Source: Vulcanimicrobiota bacterium
GTDB lineage: Bacteria > Vulcanimicrobiota > Vulcanimicrobiia > Vulcanimicrobiales > Vulcanimicrobiaceae
Length of the DNA stretch: 12,909 bases
Reading direction: 5' to 3'
Assembly: GCA_003135555.1 (NCBI GenBank)
Contig: PLCF01000028.1
Location: 1 to 12,909, forward strand
Under the pieces are notes generated by a model that saw only the letters and a list, made by a program, of their open reading frames with translations, was not told where the DNA came from and did not search any database. Positions within the stretch are counted from its first letter, which is position 1. Each line of letters begins with the position of its first letter. Below are positions 1 to 6,399 of this stretch, piece by piece. The translations under genes were made by a program, and so were the position numbers.

Positions 1-812
1 GCGATCACGTCGCCGACGTCGGGGATGCGTCCGAGCGCCTGCGCCGCGGGCCCGTACGCCAGCCGCAGCCCCGCCGAGGCTGGCCACGGCGGTCCGCTCG
101 TCACGGCCGCGACGCGGACGCGCTGCCCGCCGTCGGGCGCGTCGCGAAACGGTTGCAGATCGAGCAGCGTGACGCCGTCGGGGCCGGCCGGGAGCGCGCC
201 GAAGGCCGGCGTCACGAGCGCGGCCCCGCCTTCCGGCGGCCACACGTTCACGCTCGTGATCGGGACGCTGACGTCGCCCGTCGTCGCGGTGCCGTTGAAA
301 CGGTACGTCTCGAAGCGCACAGTGCGCTGGCGCGTCACGGTGAGCGCGATGCGCGAGGTCGGCGTGCGCTCGAGCTTGCCGTCGCGTACCACGATCCCCA
401 ACGGCGCCCCGTTGCCGTTGATGTCGAAGTAGTCGCCGTTGATCCCGGCCACGGCGCCGGTCCGATGTGCCATCGACGAGAGCGGCTCGTCTTTGGAGAC
501 CACGCTGTCGCGCGCCAGCACGGTGCCCAGCCGCACCGTCGGTTCGCTCGGATCGATCGTCACCACCGATACGACCAGCGGTCCGGCTGAGGTGAGCAGC
601 CGGTACGTCGCGCGCGCGATCCCCGGCGCCACGGGCTCGCGTTCGACGCTGGCGGCGGCGACGAGCGGGAACGGCGCGGCTGGAGCAAGCGTCGCCGGCA
701 GGGGCGCGGCGCGCGCTTCGGACTGCATCGCGCCGAGTAGCGAGGCGAGCGCGCCGACGACGCTCGACGTGAAAAGCGTGAGGCGTCCGGCGGGCGATGT
801 GCTAGAGTTCAC
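1..812 (-). CDS. Phosphodiester glycosidase (NAGPA-like) family secreted protein, 3' end runs off the window
   Basis: Not in the ORF track because it has no stop in the window. Manual translation of the - strand is open from GTG 812 to base 1: VNSSTSPAGRLTLFTSSVVGALASLLGAMQSEARA... (signal-like hydrophobic stretch) ...SSMAHRTGAVAGINGDYFDINGNGAPLGIVVRDG. The GAVAGINGDYFD motif (458..423) is typical of this family. The start is uncertain; ATG 728 is an alternative but loses the hydrophobic stretch. Confidence 0.8.
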   Translation of the reverse strand, partial: MNSSTSPAGRLTLFTSSVVGALASLLGAMQSEARAAPLPATLAPAAPFPLVAAASVEREPVAPGIARATYRLLTSAGPLVVSVVTIDPSEPTVRLGTVLARDSVVSKDEPLSSMAHRTGAVAGINGDYFDINGNGAPLGIVVRDGKLERTPTSRIALTVTRQRTVRFETYRFNGTATTGDVSVPITSVNVWPPEGGAALVTPAFGALPAGPDGVTLLDLQPFRDAPDGGQRVRVAAVTSGPPWPASAGLRLAYGPAAQALGRIPDVGDVI

Positions 813-814
813 CG

Positions 815-1471
815 GTGCGTTCGTTCGTCGCTCTCTTGGTGTGTCTGGTAGCGCTGCTCGGCCTTGCCGCGCCGCTGCGCGCACAGGACGAGACCGGCGC
901 GCTGCTCGCGTTGCTCGCCGACGCCGATCCCGATCTGCGAACGTATCGGGCCGATGTCGCCTTCGACGTCGGGCTGCACAGCTTCCCGTACTTGCATCGA
1001 AGCCTGCACGGCAACGCGTTCTTCAAACGGCCGGCGCGGATGGAGATCGTCTTTAGCGATCTGCCCGCGATCGCGCGCACCTGGTCGAATCTTTACGTCG
1101 GGCTGGGCACGCCCGGCGACTGGGCGCGCAAGTTCAGCATTACCTCGGCCCAGGACGCCGGCGCCGCGCACGAACGGTATCTCGTGCTCACCCCGCACCT
1201 CGCGGGCCAACGCTTGCGCGAGGTCGACGTGTACGTCGACCGCAGCGTGGCGCTGCCGGAACGGATCGTGTGGCGCTACCGCGACGGGCGCATCGAGATG
1301 CACCAGCGCTTCGGACGTGTCGACGGCCACGACCTCGTCGTCGCTCAGGACGCCGACATCCATCTTCCCGCGCTGCACGCGTACGTGAACGCACGCATCA
1401 CGAACTACGCGCTCAACGTCGACGTCTTGGACGCCGTCTTCACGAAAAAGGAAAGCCCCGGGCGCGAGTAG
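815..1471 (+). CDS. Secreted LolA/LppX-fold (outer-membrane lipoprotein carrier/sorting-like) protein
   Basis: 218 aa with a signal peptide (MRSFVALLVCLVALLGLAAPLRA). The beta-rich pattern YRADVAFDV...GNAFFKRPARMEIVF...YLVLTP...EVDVYVD...LPERIVW...ITNYALNVDVLDAVF resembles the LolA-like fold (FKRP motif, LxLTP, terminal N..l.d..F). Confidence 0.65.
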   Translation: MRSFVALLVCLVALLGLAAPLRAQDETGALLALLADADPDLRTYRADVAFDVGLHSFPYLHRSLHGNAFFKRPARMEIVFSDLPAIARTWSNLYVGLGTPGDWARKFSITSAQDAGAAHERYLVLTPHLAGQRLREVDVYVDRSVALPERIVWRYRDGRIEMHQRFGRVDGHDLVVAQDADIHLPALHAYVNARITNYALNVDVLDAVFTKKESPGRE

Positions 1472-1474
1472 CGC

Positions 1475-2035
1475 TCAACGCGTCAGGCCCAGGACGAAGA
1501 AGACGGCGCCCAGCCCGGCAGCGGTGCCCCCAACGACCGGCAACAGCCGCGAGCCGACCAGCACGGTGATCGAGACCAACACGATCGCAACCTCGAACAG
1601 CGTCGTCCCGACCTCGATGGTCTCGTGTTGCTTGATCAGCCGCTCCGAATGCTCGTTGTGGCGCAACGCCTCTTCCTCGAACGCTTTGGCCTTCTCCATG
1701 AGCGGCGCGCCCTTGGCTTTCTCGTCGGCCGCGTTCTTGCGCAGCCGCGCGAGGTTGGCGCCCGGCCCCGTGCCGGCGTCGATAGCCGACTGCGAGATGT
1801 AGTATTTGATGCGGCCGGCCTGATACTGCGACCACGTGTCGGAGGCGTGCGTCGTCGCGACGATCGCGTCGTTCTTCTCGACGAGGGCCTCGGTCGAACG
1901 CAGGTTGCCGAAGTAGCCGCTGACTGCCGCCAGCACCGCGAGCACCGCCGCGGCGAGCGGAACCCAACTCGGGCCCTCACGCCCGTGCTGATGACGCTCG
2001 TGAGCTTCGGTGAAGGATTTAGCCGGATCGCTCAC
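1475..2035 (-). CDS. DUF4337 family membrane protein
   Basis: Only the C-terminal 186 aa of track ORF 1475..2980 look protein-like. GTG 2035 overlaps the upstream TGA (GTGA). N-terminal TM helix (WVPLAAAVLAVLAAVSG), motif ASDTWSQYQAGRIK, coiled region, then two C-terminal TM helices (TLFEVAIVLVSITVL; VVGGTAAGLGAVFFVLG). Confidence 0.8.
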   Translation of the reverse strand: MSDPAKSFTEAHERHQHGREGPSWVPLAAAVLAVLAAVSGYFGNLRSTEALVEKNDAIVATTHASDTWSQYQAGRIKYYISQSAIDAGTGPGANLARLRKNAADEKAKGAPLMEKAKAFEEEALRHNEHSERLIKQHETIEVGTTLFEVAIVLVSITVLVGSRLLPVVGGTAAGLGAVFFVLGLTR

Positions 2036-3318
2036 GTCGCCGCGACTGTGGTCAGGTTGCCGATGCGCACGAGGGCCTCTCGTACGTCGGTCGCCGGGGC
2101 AACCCTCCAAGCGTCGGTGCGCGCTCGTTCGAAGCCGAACGCCGCGATCTCGAAAGCGCCGAACGTCCCGCACACGATGTTCCCGTCGGGATCCACGGCG
2201 AACGTGCGCCGTCGCGGCGAGTCGAACGCGACGAGATAGGCGCGCAGCTCGGCGGCCCGCGTGCGCGCGAACGGCACGACCCAGCGGGCGTCGATCGACG
2301 CGCGCCACACGAACAAGCGCACGCCGTCGAGCCGGGGCGCGACCAGCGCGCGCGGGTCGACGACGGCTTCGTCGTCGACCGCCGCGACGTCGGCGCTGGC
2401 GGGCAGGGTATGCGGGTCGATCACGATGTCGGCGTCGGCCGTCGTCGCCAGCTCGTGCAGGCGCGGGTCGTGATCGGCGGCGATCGCGATGCGGAGCGTC
2501 GCCGGCAGCGGTGGGCCGTCGCCGCGGGTGACCCGCGGCGGCGGGAGCACCGGATCGTGCGCGAGCAGCGAGCCGCCGACCGCGACGGTGCCGCGCAAGA
2601 TCGTCTCCGCGTCCTGCGGCGCCAGCGCGATCACGCTTCCATCGGCCGCGACGATCTGACTCTTGCCGCAATAGGCGACGCTTCGGGCCTCGACGCCGAC
2701 CTTGTTGGCGGCCACCAGCGGCACGCCGTTTTCGCGCGCACGCACCGGGATCATCAGGTCGGCCTGCAGGTTCTCGAGCGCGTGCGGATCGCGTCCGCTC
2801 GTCACCCACGCCGTGGGAACGACGAGGATCTCGGCACCGCGCGCCACCAGCGCCGCGGCGATCGTCGGGATGCGCCCGTCGGCGCAGATGAAAACCCCCA
2901 AGCGCCCGGCCGGTGTGTCGACCGGGGCGAGCGCATCGCCGGCGGTGAACCAGCGCCGGTCGAAGTGCCACAGGAAGCACTTGTCGGCGTAGCCCGCGAT
3001 CCCGTCGGGTGTCACGACATACGCGCTGTTGGCCAGGCCGTGCTCGCCGGCGCGCGCCCCGCCGTAGACGATGGTGGCGCCGGTGCTTGATGCGACGGCG
3101 ATCACGTCTTGCGCCGCGGCCTCGAGCTCGAGCGGATCGACGGGGGCCGAGCCGATAACGTAGGCGGGGACCGTCCCTTCGGGGACGACCACCAACCGCG
3201 CGCCCGACTCGGCGGCGGCGGCGATCCGCGCCAGCAGCGCGGGCCAGCGCTCCGCAAAGTCGGCGCGATCGTGCGCACGCGTTTGCACCGCAGCGACGGG
3301 TGTCGGACGAGCACTCAC
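2032..3318 (-). CDS. Carbon-nitrogen hydrolase (nitrilase superfamily) protein with a degenerate C-terminal second domain
   Basis: 428 aa with a Glu-Lys-Cys triad in the expected motifs VVVPEG, YADKCFLW and LGVFICADG, plus RARENGVPLVAAN and GKSQIVAADG. GGAG lies about 10 nt upstream of GTG 3318. Confidence 0.9.
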   Translation of the reverse strand: MSARPTPVAAVQTRAHDRADFAERWPALLARIAAAAESGARLVVVPEGTVPAYVIGSAPVDPLELEAAAQDVIAVASSTGATIVYGGARAGEHGLANSAYVVTPDGIAGYADKCFLWHFDRRWFTAGDALAPVDTPAGRLGVFICADGRIPTIAAALVARGAEILVVPTAWVTSGRDPHALENLQADLMIPVRARENGVPLVAANKVGVEARSVAYCGKSQIVAADGSVIALAPQDAETILRGTVAVGGSLLAHDPVLPPPRVTRGDGPPLPATLRIAIAADHDPRLHELATTADADIVIDPHTLPASADVAAVDDEAVVDPRALVAPRLDGVRLFVWRASIDARWVVPFARTRAAELRAYLVAFDSPRRRTFAVDPDGNIVCGTFGAFEIAAFGFERARTDAWRVAPATDVREALVRIGNLTTVAAT

Positions 3319-3399
3319 CTAACTATGTCTCCAACCACGCGGGCGACGCCGATTCGCCGCTCGCTTTATCCGCATATCAGGACCACAGAGGATACCTGA

Positions 3400-4053
3400 G
3401 TGAAACGACTGATCGCGTGTGTTTCGCTCGTCGCCGTCGCGACAACTGCGGCTGCGTCGACCGCTCCCGGCAAATCGCCGCCCAAACCCGCCGGCGCCGC
3501 CAAGCACGTCGCCAAGGCCGCGAAGTGCAAGATCGCGCCGGCCGACGAGTACTTCGGAAAGCTCAAGCTGAGCATCCTCGGGATTCGCAACACGATCAAG
3601 GACCAAGGGCTCAAAGTCGACGTCGACCCCGCCAAGGCGTCCTCGACGGCCAACTCGATCGCGCTGACCGAGGACGCGATCCACGACTGGCAGCACAAGT
3701 ACCCCTGCGACACGTGGCTCCCCGGGACGCTCTACGCGCTCCAGCATTTCTATACGAAGATCCACACCCAAGACGGGGTCAAGCACGTCCACGCGACCTT
3801 CGGCTGGCTGCGGCACGACTTCCCCAAGAGCAAGCTCGTCGCGGTGGCCCGCCAAGAGGATGGTGCGGCTTCGGCGGCGCCGGCGGTCACCGGGAACACC
3901 TCCGGCGACGGGACCCCCGCCGGCGCGGCGAACTCCGCCCCGACGGCCGCCCCGTATCCGCCGCCGCAGGGCACACCGTTCCCCGGAACGGCGCCCGCGA
4001 GCGTCATCAACGCCCAAAATGCGATGGGGTCGCCGAGCCCGCGCCCGCACTGA
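3400..4053 (+). CDS. Secreted hypothetical protein, helical/TPR-like core with Pro/Ala-rich tail
   Basis: 217 aa. AGAGGA SD-like element upstream of GTG 3400, signal peptide (MKRLIACVSLVAVATTAAA), core APADEYFGKLKLSILGIRN...DWQHKYPCDTWLP...WLRHDFPKS, low-complexity C-terminus. Third codon positions are strongly G/C-biased. Confidence 0.8.
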   Translation: MKRLIACVSLVAVATTAAASTAPGKSPPKPAGAAKHVAKAAKCKIAPADEYFGKLKLSILGIRNTIKDQGLKVDVDPAKASSTANSIALTEDAIHDWQHKYPCDTWLPGTLYALQHFYTKIHTQDGVKHVHATFGWLRHDFPKSKLVAVARQEDGAASAAPAVTGNTSGDGTPAGAANSAPTAAPYPPPQGTPFPGTAPASVINAQNAMGSPSPRPH

Positions 4054-4078
4054 TCGCCGCTCCCGGGTCGACAATGGA

Positions 4079-4108
4079 AACGGCCCCCCGCGTGAGCGGG
4101 AGGCCGTT
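4079..4108. terminator. Probable bidirectional intrinsic terminator between convergent genes
   Basis: AACGGCCCCCCGC-GTGA-GCGGGAGGCCGTT: a 13-bp stem with one C-A mismatch on + (a U-G wobble on -) and a GNRA loop on +. The U-rich tails are modest (TTCTCGTTGT on +, TTTCCATTGT on -). It lies between stops at 4053 (+) and 4136 (-). Confidence 0.75.
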
Positions 4109-4135
4109 CTCGTTGTCACCAGGTGGGTCTCAAGC

Positions 4136-5575
4136 TTAGAACTTGATACCCAGACCGATGTAGCCGCCCGCGTGCGACGCGTCCGACGGCGAGATGTTCT
4201 TGCCGCGGATGGTGTCGCCCAGGAAGCCGGCGTCGAGGAACAGCCCGGAGCTACCCAGGTTGAGCGTTCCGCCGATTTGGTACTTGAGGAAGCGCTGCTG
4301 GAACTTGTCGGTCGTGAGAGCAAGTGCCGGCGGCGCGCCATTGGCCACGGACGGATAGGTGAAGTCCCCGGAGATGCTCGGGTAGTACCAGACACTTCCG
4401 TAGACGGAGAGCGGCTGATCGAGGTCGGGGAGCTTCTCGGCGCCGAAGCCGAAGCCGTTTTGCCTCGGATAGCCGTAGTTCTCTTCACGGTGCAGGTAGC
4501 CGACGCCGAGGTAGATGCGCGGCTCGGCGATCTTGAGGCCGAGACGCCCGTCGAAGTCGGTATCGCGCGCCGTGAACGAGGGGACGGCCGTTTGGCCGTA
4601 CGCACCGATCACGGTGACGCAGCCTTGGTCACCCGTGGCGGGGACGAAGACCAGCGGCAAACCTGAATGCGGGCACGGGTTGCCGTCGAGCGTCGGCGGG
4701 CTCCCGAACAGCCCAGCGGCGATTCCGCTGTTGTGCGGGTAGGCGTACGAACGATAGTCGCCTTCGAGCATCCAGGGGAGGCCGAACGCCGGGAACTCTA
4801 CCGCGCCACGGACCGCATACGAGCCGCCCTTCCCGGTGTTGCCGGGCGAGAACTCGTTGTAGACCTTGGGTTGGAAGACGTAGTCACCGACGATGAAGTG
4901 CTCGTACGGGTTGCGCGCCACCGGGGTCGGGGTCGGGCTCGGGGTCACGACCGGCGGCGGGGGTGTGGGCTTCGGCGTCACGACGGGTGGCGCCGGGGTC
5001 GGCGTTGCGACGACCTGCGGCACGACGTAGCGGACTACGACGATGCGGCGGTCAGGCACCCACTGAACGTAGGCACCCATCCCCTCGGAGATCACGCGAA
5101 CGGGCACGACGACCGCGCCCTTGTAGATCTCCGGAGGAACGTCGAGCGGACGGCTCTCGCCGTTGATGACGACTTCCGGGCGGCCGACGGTCACTTTGAC
5201 GTCGGATCCGGGCTTCGAGACGTCGACCGTCTTCGAAGCGGGATCGTATGAGACCGTTGCGCCCATCTGCTCGAACATCGAGCGGAGCGGGATCAAAATG
5301 GTATTGCCACGCACCAGCGCAGCGAGGACGCGGTTCGCCTTCAGACGATCCGGCTTCGTGTAGACATGCCGGTCGTTGAAGAGGATCGGGACCTCGCCGG
5401 AAGGCGGCGTGCCGAAGTCAGCGGGCGGTGCGCCGGCGGGGGCCTGAGCGATCTGTGTCGGCGCGTTGGGTCCGATGTTGCCATGCGCTTGTACAGAGTT
5501 CTGGGCCGAGACCGACGTCGTACCGATTCCGGCGGCGACCAGCGCAGCCAAGAGCCCGGTGCTCAGTCGTTTCAC
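4136..5575 (-). CDS. Copper amine oxidase N-terminal (stalk) domain protein with Pro/Thr linker and probable C-terminal outer-membrane beta-barrel
   Basis: 479 aa from GTG 5575 with AGGGAG 6 nt upstream. Signal peptide (MKRLSTGLLAALVAAGIGTTSVSA); Cu_amine_oxidN1-like duplicated motifs (ILIPLRSMFEQMGATVSYD; VVPVRVISEGMGAYVQW); PTPAPPVVTPKPTPPPPVVTPSPTPTP linker; alternating Gly/aromatic strands ending GGYIGLGIKF. Confidence 0.8.
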   Translation of the reverse strand: MKRLSTGLLAALVAAGIGTTSVSAQNSVQAHGNIGPNAPTQIAQAPAGAPPADFGTPPSGEVPILFNDRHVYTKPDRLKANRVLAALVRGNTILIPLRSMFEQMGATVSYDPASKTVDVSKPGSDVKVTVGRPEVVINGESRPLDVPPEIYKGAVVVPVRVISEGMGAYVQWVPDRRIVVVRYVVPQVVATPTPAPPVVTPKPTPPPPVVTPSPTPTPVARNPYEHFIVGDYVFQPKVYNEFSPGNTGKGGSYAVRGAVEFPAFGLPWMLEGDYRSYAYPHNSGIAAGLFGSPPTLDGNPCPHSGLPLVFVPATGDQGCVTVIGAYGQTAVPSFTARDTDFDGRLGLKIAEPRIYLGVGYLHREENYGYPRQNGFGFGAEKLPDLDQPLSVYGSVWYYPSISGDFTYPSVANGAPPALALTTDKFQQRFLKYQIGGTLNLGSSGLFLDAGFLGDTIRGKNISPSDASHAGGYIGLGIKF

Positions 5576-5669
5576 GTAATACTCCCTAGCTAAGGTGTTG
5601 TGTCGAGAAGGGCGTTTTTGGTGCCGGCCGGGCCGGCCCGGAAGGTCTGAACGTACGAGAGTACTCGCT

Positions 5670-5870
5670 TGCTCAGCCATGTCGGACCTACCCACGTGAC
5701 GGGCGCCTCAATCATGGATACGGAGCCACCGCCCCGTTCCTTGGCCTCACAACGCTGCTCGGTCGCCCTGGGTTCCCCTTCGGGTGCCGGGTGGAGCGCT
5801 GCGAGGTGTTCCCGTAACGCCCCCTTTACACACGTGGGTTCCCGCCTCCGCCTTCGGCCCGGGCAGGTGT
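5670..5870 (-). ncRNA. Candidate structured ncRNA, 6S-RNA-like rod with central bubble (identity and strand not established)
   Basis: Nested complementary segments (plus coordinates): 5690-5698/5831-5839 (9 bp perfect), 5701-5707/5816-5822, 5745-5756/5795-5806 (12 bp), internal hairpin 5716-5740, and 5683-5686/5847-5850. Most imperfect pairs are G-U on the - strand. Confidence 0.5.
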
Positions 5871-5878
5871 GCGCGGCC

Positions 5879-6271
5879 TCAGCCCAGCTTCTCGGCGAGG
5901 CGCTCCCGGAACTTTTCGATCGAGCTCACGTAGCGCTCGTGCGTGCCTTCGGCGATCTTCTCGCGCTCGTCGAACGCGGTGAACGCGAACTCGATGCGCC
6001 GCCCGTCGACCTTGAGGACCTCGACCTCGACCCGCACGATGAGCCCGACCGGCGTGGCCGCGAGATGCGCCAGGTCGACGTGGGTGCCGAGCGTGATCTC
6101 ATCGGCTTCGAGCACCCCGGCCAGACATTGCATCGACGCTTCCTCGACCGCCTGAAGCAACATCGGGGTCGAGAGGACAGCCGCACCCTTGTTACCGGCT
6201 TTCTCAGCCGTCATCCACTCCTCGACCCGGGTCTGGCTCTGATAGGTCCTCCCCTCGATCTTGCCGCGCAT
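5879..6271 (-). CDS. FlK-like (fluoroacetyl-CoA thioesterase family) hot-dog fold thioesterase
   Basis: 130 aa from ATG 6271. VLSTPMLLQAVEEAS carries the Thr/Glu pair, HLAATPVG the His, and EGTHER the Arg of the FlK family. The substrate is unknown; most family members are not shown to act on fluoroacetyl-CoA. Confidence 0.88.
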   Translation of the reverse strand: MRGKIEGRTYQSQTRVEEWMTAEKAGNKGAAVLSTPMLLQAVEEASMQCLAGVLEADEITLGTHVDLAHLAATPVGLIVRVEVEVLKVDGRRIEFAFTAFDEREKIAEGTHERYVSSIEKFRERLAEKLG

Positions 6272-6399
6272 CCCCCGGCCACTTACGACCGGCAACCGGA
6301 CGAATCATTTTCACGTTCCACGCGGTAGTAGCGGCGATTGCGCCGTAATAAGACCGCGTTCCGAGCCGGTTCGCAGAAAACACAAGTAGAAGGAGCAGC

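Noticed and set aside
2036..2980. N-terminal 315 aa of track ORF 1475..2980 (-)
   Set aside because: Arg/Gly-rich off-frame read-through overlapping the nitrilase gene. The real protein begins at the GTGA overlap at 2035.
4920..5020. Repetitive GGGGTC/GACGCC-type runs here and at ~7975-8075
   Set aside because: They simply encode Pro/Thr/Ala linkers and have no repeat-spacer periodicity, so they are not CRISPR or mobile-element repeats.
4136..5575. Calling this protein a copper amine oxidase enzyme
   Set aside because: Only the non-catalytic N-terminal domain is recognisable; no catalytic domain is evident.
5623..5641. GC-only palindromes (CCGGGCCGGCCCGG 5628-5641) upstream of the stalk-barrel gene
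   Set aside because: Pure G/C dyads are common by chance at this composition, and there is no loop or U-tract to support a terminator or operator.
5576..5695. 40-aa N-terminal extension of ORF 4136..5695
   Set aside because: The SD (AGGGAG) and signal peptide both point to GTG 5575, and the extension runs into the structured intergenic region.
5670..5870. Identification of the intergenic RNA as SRP RNA, tmRNA, RNase P RNA, tRNA, or a c-di-AMP, glycine or lysine riboswitch
   Set aside because: Diagnostic motifs were not found by eye (SRP CAGG-GRAA-AGCAG helix, T-loop GTTCGA with CCA end, GAGGAAAGTCC, riboswitch cores); only short partial resemblances.
5669..6328. 219-aa + strand ORF spanning the RNA candidate and the thioesterase
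   Set aside because: Antisense to a clear FlK-like gene, with no family motifs and no SD.
6272..6399. Fluoride (crcB) riboswitch upstream of the FlK-like gene
   Set aside because: The GGCGAUGGxGUUCGCC-type core is not present on either strand.
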